From NCBI GenBank assembly GCA_937625935.1, contig OW569375.1, positions 372,001 to 436,000 of the forward strand: a stretch of 64,000 bases of DNA. The letters run 5' to 3'. Positions 23,116 to 33,543 of this stretch are shown here, piece by piece (within the stretch, counting starts at the first letter, position 1; every line of letters begins with the position of its first letter). The notes beneath the pieces were generated by a model that worked only from the letters and a program-made list of their open reading frames with translations, searched no databases and was not told the DNA's origin. This DNA comes from Tetramitus jugosus (lineage: Eukaryota > Protista > Heterolobosea). The translations under genes and the position numbers were made by a program.

Positions 23116-24690
23116 ATGACAGCCACACGATTACTCATAACATCATCATCACACCACATGACAGACACCAATTCCGAACGAACAGATGACTCTGCTGCGC
23201 TCGCACCAACCAACCACAGCGGCAAGACATCTGAACTTCGCAACAGAGCTACACCAATTGTACATCAAGACAATAGTGTTGAAGCTTCTTCAGGTGATGA
23301 TACCATTGTAAAAACAACTACCACTCTTCACCAGAGAAAAGTGACTGCCAATGTGGCTCAAATTGAAACATCTTCATTGAACAACAATAAGGTGACTACA
23401 ACGACCTTGACCACAGAATCGATCACAACGACATCTACCCAGAGAATAGAGTCACCGATGAGCATGAGAGTATCTCACTTTCCGCATGAACCAATGAGTA
23501 GACCTTCGATATTCACTCTTCCAGAACATCAAGGCTTCCTCAACTTGGCTGCTGTTCTCATGATTGGTTGGTGTGTCATCCAGATGCATCACACGCATTC
23601 CATGATTGGACAATTGCTTGATTTCGAGCTGCTCAGGCAATTAATGAGAGATTTTCCCATGCTCATGTTGTTGTGGGTCGGTGTCCTCTCATTTGAATGC
23701 ACGACTGCTGTCTTGTTTGAATATGCGTACACTCGGTTCAGTGTATTGAGGTCTGGCGGCGTTTTGGATAAGCTGACGATCCTGTGCTATGTAGCCAATG
23801 TAGCTACCATGTTTTCTCTTCCAGTGTATGTTGCACTCAACAGGGACATGAGTCCATTGTTGAGAGGAGCTTTGGCCATTCAAATCTGTGTCGCCGTGTT
23901 CAAATATCACAGCTATTTCATGACCAATCGATACTTGAGACAAGTGAATGAATCGAGAAAGAAGACTATTGTCAAACGATCTTTGATTTCACTCATTGGT
24001 GACTATGTTGACTTCATAACGATGCCTACGTTGGTCTATGAGAAGAACTTTCCTCGAAAAGACAAAATCGAATGGCGTTATGTGATCAAGGAGTCTACAG
24101 GTGCACTTATCTGCTTCTTGTGTCTCTATCTGATTATGCAAAATCATTTTGTAGTGTACCTGGACCGTTTAAACGAGATGCCATTCTACGGTCACTTGTA
24201 CATGTTGGGAGTGCCATCACTGTTCATGTGGCTCGTTGGATTCTATGGGGTGTTTCACTGCGTGTTGAATGTGATTGCTGAAGTGTCCAGGTTCCAAGAT
24301 CGAGAGTTCTACTTGGCATGGTGGGACTCAACATCCATGTCTCAATTCTGGAGATTGTGGAACCGAGCAGTGTACAAGTTCATGTGCAGACACATTTACG
24401 TAGAGAGTATGAGAACTGTTCCCTTCTTCAATCGAGTTTGGGCCGCAGTTTCCACCTTTGTCGTCACTGCCATCTTCCACGAGTATGTGTTGGCAGTGGC
24501 ATTCGGTCTCATCAGACCCTACTTTTTCACCATGATCTGTGTTCAGATCCCTTACGTCTTCTTGACTGACAAGTTCCTAAAGGGAACGCGAACGGGAAAC
24601 ATTGCCATGTGGGTTGGATTTGTAGTTGGTTTCCCACTCCTTCAGCTGTCTTATTCATATTCCTATTTGGCTAAAAGCTCAAAGCAATAA
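23116..24690 (+). CDS. MBOAT sterol/diacylglycerol O-acyltransferase (ACAT/DGAT1 family)
   Basis: FKYHSY, PTLVY, FHCVLNVIAE..RFQDREFYLAWWDS, FWRLWN, FHEY catalytic His; multiple TM helices. Confidence 0.92.
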   Translation: MTATRLLITSSSHHMTDTNSERTDDSAALAPTNHSGKTSELRNRATPIVHQDNSVEASSGDDTIVKTTTTLHQRKVTANVAQIETSSLNNNKVTTTTLTTESITTTSTQRIESPMSMRVSHFPHEPMSRPSIFTLPEHQGFLNLAAVLMIGWCVIQMHHTHSMIGQLLDFELLRQLMRDFPMLMLLWVGVLSFECTTAVLFEYAYTRFSVLRSGGVLDKLTILCYVANVATMFSLPVYVALNRDMSPLLRGALAIQICVAVFKYHSYFMTNRYLRQVNESRKKTIVKRSLISLIGDYVDFITMPTLVYEKNFPRKDKIEWRYVIKESTGALICFLCLYLIMQNHFVVYLDRLNEMPFYGHLYMLGVPSLFMWLVGFYGVFHCVLNVIAEVSRFQDREFYLAWWDSTSMSQFWRLWNRAVYKFMCRHIYVESMRTVPFFNRVWAAVSTFVVTAIFHEYVLAVAFGLIRPYFFTMICVQIPYVFLTDKFLKGTRTGNIAMWVGFVVGFPLLQLSYSYSYLAKSSKQ

Positions 24691-24918
24691 ATAGGAATAG
24701 ACTTTCCGTTTTTTGATATGAAATCTCGAAGAGTCAACTCTATTTTCGGTGTTGATCCCCAGATGTACATGATGGACATGTGAATCAGCTCAATGCACAT
24801 CAGTGTTCTGCGAGCGATATTAGTACCAAAAAAACAAACGATCGACCAAGGAAAGAAGAAGAACTTGTTGTTGGTTGATGAAAAAATCGCGATTCCACGC
24901 TCACAAGCTCAAACAGCA

Positions 24919-27667
24919 ATGACAGAAACACTAGGCGCTCCTCCACCCTTATCCTTGGAGGCACCTACGACACCCTCTGTGGATTATGACGACGAAGAAA
25001 TTCAATCAGAGAGTGAAGACATGCAAGAACCCATACTACAGAGACACCGTAACAGCACTCGAGCACAAGAACAGCCACAACAGAGACGGAAGAAGAACAA
25101 TCTGAGAATGAAGAGACGAAAGAGAGGATGGTACTCTTCAGTTGTAGAAGAAAGCTCATCGGATGAGGAGGACAACGAAATGGATGAAGACTATGAGAGA
25201 GCTACGGGATTTATAGACACTGGGTATGTGGTATCTGTTTGAGAGCTTTCATTTTGATTCGTCAGTACCTTGCTAACGAATCGTATCATTTTGCGCATCT
25301 CTATTATTATGTATGTGAATTATTTTACAACACAGATTTCGATATTTTTTGGCGGGTTGTATCGCTGTAATCCTCCTGGTGATTGTGATCTATGCAGTTG
25401 TAGTGTTCCTATGGAATAGTGTGCCCAATTCCTACATTGGAAACCCATTCTTATTGTTTGTGGAGGCATCATCCGATGCTCTCATTGCCTTTGCTTATTT
25501 TATCATTCCCTTCTTGCTCATATTTCTGGTGAGGAATCGGAAGGATTTGCCCTTCAATTGGATCTTTTTAATGTTTGGTGGCTTTATATTGTCCTGTGGT
25601 ATGACTCATTTTGTAAATACATTTGGGCCTTGGGTTCATCCACAGACACGGATCGTCATTCATGAGCGAAGCCTTTGGTTCACTGTTCTGTCGGCCTGTG
25701 TCAAAACCTTTACGGCCATTATCTCATTGATTACAGCGGTCGCATCATTTGGTTTGATGCCACTGGCTCTCAAGCTCCCCAGTCCAACTCGGTTACAAAA
25801 GGAGGTTGATACTCGGAAACAGGCAGAGCACGACCTTCAGAACCAGTATGAACGATCTCTGTTGATCTCGAGTATCACCAACAAGATTCGTAACTCGTTT
25901 CACACGCAAGACATTTTCCAAATTGCAGCGACGCAAATTGGTAGTGTAATGAGAGCTTCTCGATGCACCATTCATCGTTACAAGAGGAGTGCGTCAATGG
26001 AGAGAGCTCAGATTCCGTGCGAAGCAGAATACCTTCATCCAAACTTTCCCAGCAAGAGTTTCTTGGATGTTGATTTACCGATTACAGGGTTCATGACACA
26101 AGTGCTAGCCAATGATGATGTTCTTGTCGTACGAGTGAGCGAACTGCTCCGCTCTGATGATGATGAAGATCGGTTGGTTGGTACGATTCTATCTCGTTAT
26201 GAGGTCAGATCCATCATGTGCGTTCGGACATCATATCAAGGCTCTCCTAATGGCATAGTCATGCTCCACCAATGCCAGGGCAATCGAACCAAGTGGACAA
26301 CAGAGGATATGCGATTCCTGAAGGATCTAGCCGCTCAATTGGGAATTGCTCTCCAGCAGACATATCTATTGGAGAGGGAAAGGCAGAGATATGAACTAGA
26401 GATACAGAATGTGAAGCTGGAGAAGGCCAAAGAGACAGCAGAAAGAGAGAATAGGGCGAAAAGCGAATTTTTGTTAATGATGAGTCATGAAGTGAGAACT
26501 CCTTGCAATGCAATTATCGGTATGAACACTCTTTTACAAAAGTCTGAGTTGAACAATGAGCAATTTGAGATTACGCGTATTATCGAAGACAGTGGCAACC
26601 TACTTGTAGAAATTATTAATTCTTTCCTCGATTTCAGCAAGCTCGAGTCTGGCAAGCTGGAACTCCAAATGCAGCCCTTCCATCTTAGTCATGCACTAAA
26701 AGGTTGCATTGACATGTTTGTGATGAATGCTAAGAAGGAGAGGAATATTACAGTTCAGTTGAACCCAAACCACGATACACCCAAATATATCATTGGAGAC
26801 AAGTTTCGATTTCAGCAAATCTTAATCAACCTGATCAGCAACGGAGTTAAGTTTACCGAGTCTGGAGGAGAAGTGACAGTCAATACCGAGGTGGTGAGCC
26901 AAGAATCAGATCAGATTATTATTCAATTTTCGGTGACAGACACTGGCATTGGAATACCAGAAAACCAAATTCAGTATCTTTTCCAACCATTCAGTCAAGT
27001 TCACTCATCTGGTATGACTCGGAGATGCGGTGGTAGTGGTTTGGGCCTAAGTATCTGTAAGAAGTTGTGTGAGCTCATGAGCGGGCGCATTTGGGTGACA
27101 ACAAAGTCAGGAAAGGGTAGTACCTTTTATTTCATTCTTCCCTTTGGGGTGTGTGCCCCTTCTCCAGACTCTAATGATCCATCCGAGGACGGTGAGATCA
27201 CGGGTGTATCAAATTCTGAAACAGAGACCAATGAACCCACATTAGGAATAGAACCAAATTTCGACGCGAAAATATTAATTGCCGAAGACAATATCATCAA
27301 CAAAAAGGTGGTCGTATCTCTGTTGAATAAGGTTGGGTATCGACGAGTCGATGTGGTCAGTGATGGAAAGATGGCTGTCGAGGCGGTGCAACGAGAAAAT
27401 ATTGACAAGAAAGGAACTCAAGAGTATGAGCCTTATTCTTGCATCTTGATGGACTTGATGATGCCAGAGTTAGATGGAATAGAAGCTACAAAGATCATTC
27501 GAGGAATGCTGGCAGATTCCAACGAAAAGCATTTGAACATCATTGCTCTCACTGCAAACATTCAAACTGATATTCAATGTCAATGCAAAGAAGCAGGCTT
27601 TGACGAATTCTTGTCTAAGCCATTCAAGTTGGATCAATTGGAAGCAGTAATGAAAATATACAATTAA
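24919..27667 (+). CDS. Ethylene-receptor-like hybrid histidine kinase (ethylene-binding TM domain, GAF, HisKA, HATPase, REC); exons 24919-25223 and 25336-27667
   Basis: SDALIAFAYFIIP...FGGFILSCGMTH; SHEVRTP H-box; NLISNGVKFT, DTGIGI, FQPF, GSGLGL; REC AEDN/MDLMMP/SKP. Intron 25224-25335 (GTATGT..GCTAAC..CAG) is in frame. Confidence 0.9.
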
Positions 27668-27686
27668 TTATTAGCTCAGCTGTGGT

Positions 27687-28322
27687 TTATCGATTGTCTA
27701 TAATTGTATCGTGTCTCTTCCTCTTCTTCAATTCATCATCCTTCAGAACATCAATCAATTGAGGACCTCGTGCTAGCAAAGGACAGTTCGAATCAAAAGG
27801 TTCAAAGTTGTAGTACATGATACACTCGTAATGGTAGTCAATATCCTTCAAGTTGAGTACTCCTCCTCCTTCCATCTCATTCACTTCATCAATTTCTTTA
27901 ATGATTGCATTCTCTTCCATTGTTATTTCTCCCTGCTCCAAGTACTTTAATCTTTTCTTTACGCTGTAAGGACTGTTCTCATCAAAATGATAAACATCCT
28001 TTAATGTTTTTGTCAGATCCGAAATCTTAGTCTCTGGTAGCATCATGTCCTTCCACAATTGTAGATCGTGTATCGTTCCTTCATGTCTCTCTAAGATCTT
28101 CTGTTCAATTACGACAAGCGGAGTACTGTCCAGAACTCTTAATGAGAAACTTAAATGTTGCCACATGATCAATCGCAAGTGAAGTTTCACATAGCGGTCT
28201 TCAATTACCTCAAACTCCTCTTCAGACGGTGGCGTATATCTCGATGCATACTCTGTCAATAGTCGATCAATAACCTTGCGTGAAGATCCTCCAGCTTGCT
28301 GACCCCCCTTCTTTTTAACCAT
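27687..28322 (-). CDS. Hypothetical protein, possible ubiquitin-like fold
   Basis: Long ORF; probable start MVKKKGG (alternative 28376). YVKLHLRL...STPL..IEQKI..RH pattern is UBL-like (weak). Confidence 0.65.
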   Translation of the reverse strand: MVKKKGGQQAGGSSRKVIDRLLTEYASRYTPPSEEEFEVIEDRYVKLHLRLIMWQHLSFSLRVLDSTPLVVIEQKILERHEGTIHDLQLWKDMMLPETKISDLTKTLKDVYHFDENSPYSVKKRLKYLEQGEITMEENAIIKEIDEVNEMEGGGVLNLKDIDYHYECIMYYNFEPFDSNCPLLARGPQLIDVLKDDELKKRKRHDTIIDNR

Positions 28323-28424
28323 TTGTGTTGTGTCCTCGCGGCCTTTGATGGCGAACTTTGTTGGAGAACGCTCCATCTACGGTCGGTGAGAAAAATTGTC
28401 CGCTTTATTCATCAGCAAGTGAAA

Positions 28425-30252
28425 TCAGTCATACACTTCAAAGTTGTCATCAAAATCTTCAAACTCCTCATTGATATCCAAATCCTCGAAAGCGTGATCC
28501 TTTTTCTCAGTTGTCTCCTTGTTTGTTTGGATCTCATGCGGCTTTGCTACTCTTGAAGCCATTTCAATGGCTCCTTCTTTTTGTGACTTCTCTTGTAATG
28601 AGACTGTTGGTTGCTGAGCTTTTTCAACACCATTGACTTTGAGTTCTGGATAATTCTTGTTGTCTTTAGATTGACTGAGTCTATGTACAGGCGATGAAGG
28701 CATGCTAGAATAGAGGTCTGCAACTTTGGACGGCGGTAAAGTTTCTTCACCTGGATCAGTGTTACTGACGCCAGGGGTCTTCGCTTCTTCTTTCGCCTTG
28801 GATTGTTGACCGTCGACATGTATATCAATAGTTTCATTCCCCTGCACTGCGTTCATCGGACATAATTCAGTCTCTTTCATTCTAGAGTCAGTCCCGCATG
28901 CTGAGGATTGATTCCTGAATTCATCAGTGTCTGCCAAACTTTTAGAATATATTTCGATAGGGATGCCATCTTTACAATCTGGTAGAATATTCCTTGTGTC
29001 CAGGACTGGGACGAACAGATGTTTTCTCCTTTTCTGTTGACAGTCCATGTGCAGAACCATTTGAATATCTTCCTCGTTTCGTATTATGGTCTCAGCTTTC
29101 TGTAACCTCTTGAATATCTTTCTATTAATCGTAGGATCATTCATTTTGGAAGGCGATTTGGGCGCGAGAATATCTATGAGCGGAGAGAACCTCCTTTCAA
29201 TTTGATCGAATGGAGAATCGTCTCGTATATCTAACACTGCAAATCTACTGAATAAATAACCACTTCTTTCAAAGGATGTAAACAAGCTGTTTGCCAATGT
29301 GGAGCGATCAAAATATTCACAGTCTCTTCTCATCTTCACTATGTAGTTTCCATGGGAATAGCAAGAAAATGCAAAGGGTCGGGTTAGATTCTGTCTCCAT
29401 CTCATAATATTCTCTACCACCTCTAAGCTTGCGACCTGAAGTTGTGAAAGAAGTTTTGTCGTACTCTTTTGAATTGTTTTCATTTCTTCCGAATCGACAA
29501 TGAGCGAATATGCGTTCATTTGATCCAGTAGCAAGTCCCATATCCTTTCTCTCGTATCAATACTCCTCAACACCACAATGGTTCTGCTCTTGTGCAACAT
29601 TAACATATCAATTATTACAGCCAAATATTCTGGTTTAGGTTCTTCGCTATAGGCAAATATTCTCAGGTAGTAATGTTGATCAATCTTTGGTAACTTTAAC
29701 AACGTGGCGAGTTGTTTAAATCTAATCATTGAACACATGATCATTTTCAGTCTTCCGTAAAAATCACAACAAAAACATAACAAACAGTTCTTCTGGCACT
29801 TACTTTGTCTCAAGTTGGCTCATTTCGCTCCTACTCGATAGCAACGGAGCATTAAGTAACGAATTCGTTGTTCCATATTGATTTTGAGTCAAAGAACGTT
29901 TTGGCTTGAACACACTCTTTTGTTTCGAAGCAACTTGACTCCTCATCAGATTTTCATGATAGTTTTGGTCCCAGGACAATGGAGAGTGACTCAGTTCGTC
30001 AGTCTTTATGAGACGAGATCGCTGTTGGTTTCCTAGAGTTGGCTCACCCGATAAGGTTAATTCAATGGTTAGTGCCTTGCTATTGGTGTTATTGTGACCG
30101 AACTTTTGTTTGGAAGGAGATTGGTTTCTGGACAATCCTGAGCTCGCAGATTTTACTCTCCTGGGTTGAGTCATTTGTACAATGGGTTTTGGTTCGGTCG
30201 TCCTGTAATGGTAGTCATGTGCTATCGTATGGTTTGAAGCCTGAGAGCGCAT
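28425..30252 (-). CDS. Hypothetical protein; exons 30252-29804 and 29721-28425
   Basis: Intron 29803-29722 (GTAAGT...TAG) joins ORFs 29800..30252 and 28425..29813 in frame (ETK|FKQL). Start uncertain. Confidence 0.65.
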
Positions 30253-30549
30253 TAGAGGTAAGTAACTCTATTTTCCAAAGCAACGGATGCTTGAGCTTTT
30301 CACTGAACACGGGAACTCTAATTTCACCTGAAACGGCGCGAGTTCTCCGTAAATGAAAAGTTCCCGCCAAAAATCAATCATCAGCTTTGGATCAATCAAT
30401 GGCCTGGTCCTCAACTCCAATGAGATCAGCTCATGACTTGAACAGTCGGTCGTGATCTTGCCTTCATAAAAACGGTGAGTTTGCTTGGAACTTTCTTCTT
30501 CAATGAATTTGTTGAAGTATTTTTTGTTGTGAAAAAAAACACAAAAACA

Positions 30550-31422
30550 ATGCAAGTGAATGAAAAGCTCATTGACACACTGGTCATGCCCGGTGACGTG
30601 ATCACACTGTCCACCAAGAGTAGCTCTCAAGAACAAGGACGAAAACCAATACGGATCGGTCAAGGTATCGCTGCCAACGGACCTCAGCTTGTTTCGCAGA
30701 AATTCGGAGTTTTACGTTATTTATCCGCTCAGAACAAGTACTTTGTGGAGAGCGCGCAACAGACTGTGTACAATCAATTAGCACAGGATGACATGGTCAT
30801 TGGTGTCATCAAGGAGAGAGCTGGAGAGAACTACAAGGTTGAGATCAATGCACCTCACACTGCCACTCTGAATTTGACTTCGTTCGATGGTGCGACCAAG
30901 AGAAACAGACCAGATTTGAAACCGGGAAGTCTTGTCTATGCACGAGTCTCGACAGTCAACAGAGATTTAGATCCAGAGATTACGTGTGTCTCTTCGAATG
31001 CAGCCATGAGAAAGGATTGGGTGACTGGACTGAGCACGTTTGGAGAACTAAAGGACGGTTACATGATTCAAGTTGGTTGCGACGTGTGCAGAAGTTTGTT
31101 GCAACCGGACAATGAACTGTTGAAACAACTGGGAGAGAGAGTGCCATTTGAGATTGCTGTGGGGTTGAACGGTAGAGTCTGGGTTTGTGCCATGGATCAA
31201 CCAGCGCCATCGTCACTCATGCCATCTACAACACCATCCACAATTGATGCGTCACGTGCTGTAGATGCCCATGTCAAGGACACCATTCTGATTGCCAATG
31301 CCATTCAAAACATTCAATACCTGAGCAATGCACAACAAATTAAGCAATTGTTAGACAGATTATTCAGTGCACCACAGACACCAGCAAAGAGCGCTGTTGC
31401 TGGACGCAAGAAGAAAAAGTAA
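30550..31422 (+). CDS. RRP40: Exosome complex component RRP40
   Basis: VMPGD, DMVIGVI, FDGATKRNRPDLKPGSLVYARV, FGELKDG, FEIAVGLNGRVWV. Confidence 0.93.
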   Translation: MQVNEKLIDTLVMPGDVITLSTKSSSQEQGRKPIRIGQGIAANGPQLVSQKFGVLRYLSAQNKYFVESAQQTVYNQLAQDDMVIGVIKERAGENYKVEINAPHTATLNLTSFDGATKRNRPDLKPGSLVYARVSTVNRDLDPEITCVSSNAAMRKDWVTGLSTFGELKDGYMIQVGCDVCRSLLQPDNELLKQLGERVPFEIAVGLNGRVWVCAMDQPAPSSLMPSTTPSTIDASRAVDAHVKDTILIANAIQNIQYLSNAQQIKQLLDRLFSAPQTPAKSAVAGRKKKK

Positions 31423-31737
31423 AGAGTTGTTAAAAAAATTGTAATCCACTCAAAAATAGCGACTGGCAGCAAGCATTGAATCCTTCCAGGTATGATCCTG
31501 AAATATCGGGTCACATGTGCAACCATCATCACCCATCTCATCTTTTCGAAAGGGGGGAATTTTGATGACAATTTTAGCCTCTGCGCCTAGCACTAACTTT
31601 TTCGCCAGATGTTGCAAATAACAGGTCGCTGAAGGCAAGTTGCCAGTGTCTGTAACAAAGTATTTAAAACAACAACACAACAACAATATCAAATACCTAC
31701 CCAAACTATCATCTCTTATCAAGATTATTATCTGGAC

Positions 31738-32520
31738 ATGACTTTTTCGAAGATTATTCTTTCACTGCTCGTGCTGTGTCTTGTCACTTACACCTGTACC
31801 GCTAGATTACTAGAGTTCTCTGCTGGAACTAGAGGAATTTACAAGGGCGAACTATCTATGGGAGCATTCACCATGGATGTCTCTCTAGATCCACCAGCAG
31901 TCTCCTTCAAATGTACTACCAAGGCAGATAATACTGCTTGCCCTGTTACCAAAGTATCAAACGCCACAGTTACAATTGGTGCTGACTATGTTCTCGTTTC
32001 TGTGCCTGCTTCGGGTTCTGCTGCGGACAAGTGCTCCCAAGTTCCTGCATTCCAATATGGTGTCGAATCCATTGTTGAGTCCAATGGAATATCCAAGGGA
32101 TTCCTAGTTGTTTATTATAATCAACAGAACGTCACCATTGGTGAGAGATGTATCACTGTTGATGCCACTAAGGCAATGGTGGGTATTGATTGGATTAATG
32201 ATCAGAACTGTGTCGCTCTATCTGCAACAACAACTGCTGGATGTACCTCAACAGCTGCTAACCAAGCTGCAACAAGCTTTGTTGTCGCTGGAGCTTTGAG
32301 TGATAGAGAAGTTCTTCCAGAACCTTCTCCTTCAGCCACACCTTCCACATCTGGACAGAGCAGCACTGATCCATCTCATTCTCACGCTGACAGCAGCACA
32401 CAACCCAGAGATTCATCCAAGAAGAACACTGCTACAAGATCATACTTGTATTCAGCAGTTGCTGTTGCCATTGTGATAGGAACCATTATTGTGTCCCATT
32501 TGAACATTCTCAAGCAATAA
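31738..32520 (+). CDS. Secreted surface protein, probably GPI- or C-terminally anchored
   Basis: Signal peptide, Cys-containing ectodomain, Ser/Thr/Pro stalk, hydrophobic C-terminus. Confidence 0.75.
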   Translation: MTFSKIILSLLVLCLVTYTCTARLLEFSAGTRGIYKGELSMGAFTMDVSLDPPAVSFKCTTKADNTACPVTKVSNATVTIGADYVLVSVPASGSAADKCSQVPAFQYGVESIVESNGISKGFLVVYYNQQNVTIGERCITVDATKAMVGIDWINDQNCVALSATTTAGCTSTAANQAATSFVVAGALSDREVLPEPSPSATPSTSGQSSTDPSHSHADSSTQPRDSSKKNTATRSYLYSAVAVAIVIGTIIVSHLNILKQ

Positions 32521-32602
32521 GCTCCCAAATGCTACATGTGTAAACAAAAAACAGAAACTAACATCTGTTGCAAAATAAAATCAAAAACGACCACTACGTT
32601 CC

Positions 32603-33085
32603 ATGGAAGATCACCAATCATCAACAACAACAAACAACACTATTTTTCTCGTCAAACAAATAAACACGTATCTCAGTGATCGAAGTTCTCGATCTCATCT
32701 TCTCCAATTGCCCACTGTCCGAACCATTGGTCTTCTCAAGTGCTTTGATGTCAGTGAAAGCAAGGCTACTGTTGAAGATGAAGGATCTGTTCTTCATATT
32801 GACACTTCATTGATCCCTCAGTTTCATGCCCACTCAAACACTTGGTACACGTTTATTGGACAGATGGAGCAGCGCAATACCTTGCTAGAAGAAGCAGCAG
32901 AAGAAGAAAATCACCCCATGAGTCGTCGCCACAATATTTATTATGTGCTCAAAGCAAAAATCGCACACGAGATGCACGGAATGGACTCTAGTTCCATCAA
33001 ATTGTGGAAGCAGAGTCTTTTGGCGTGTCAAAAATTTTTAGGCGACAATGACATCCAGGAATACAATCGAAATTTGGACAGCTGA
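32603..33085 (+). CDS. TEN1: Telomere CST complex subunit TEN1 (OB fold)
   Basis: VRTIGLL..FD....A...D.G..L.IDT..I......WYTFIGQME...LKAKI....GMD..LW.QSL follows the plant/animal TEN1 pattern; size fits. Confidence 0.75.
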   Translation: MEDHQSSTTTNNTIFLVKQINTYLSDRSSRSHLLQLPTVRTIGLLKCFDVSESKATVEDEGSVLHIDTSLIPQFHAHSNTWYTFIGQMEQRNTLLEEAAEEENHPMSRRHNIYYVLKAKIAHEMHGMDSSSIKLWKQSLLACQKFLGDNDIQEYNRNLDS

Positions 33086-33543
33086 GAAGTGGAACAATGG
33101 CAAACTAGTTTTGAGCAGAATATATATTCGTTGTGAACAAACTCCCATAAGCTGAAATATTTGTCCTTGGACAGAATGCAACTTCGAATTCCCTTCAATA
33201 GTCAAACGCCGTGATAAGAATTCCCGGACATTGCCGGAGTTAATGTTCGTGTTTTTGTTCGAAAGAGGAATTTTCAAGTCTGGAATTTCCAGCCTATCGA
33301 TGTCACTCATCGACATCTAGCAGCACTCGAGGATATAGGGGGCATACATGCTGTGGTGATCAGTCAGTTGATTAAATGATTAGCCCGCTTCTCTTCTTTC
33401 AGCTTTGGTTGAACTGAACAACTGAGTTGTACGCGTGTGTTTTCCCTGGACAGAAACACGCATGCTTCCAACCATAAAATCATTTGTAGCTTACACAACA
33501 ACAAAAAAACAAACAAAAACACCAAAAAACTAGCAAGAAAAAC

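Noticed and set aside
19308-24690. Sphingolipid pathway cluster (LCB2 plus SDR as KDSR plus MBOAT)
   Set aside because: The SDR has RDH/WWOX-type motifs rather than KDSR features, and the MBOAT is ACAT/DGAT-type; adjacency is probably incidental.
30250-30270. TACTTACCT on the minus strand as a U1 snRNA 5' end
   Set aside because: No U1 loop I or loop II motif or Sm site follows; the sequence runs into a coding region.
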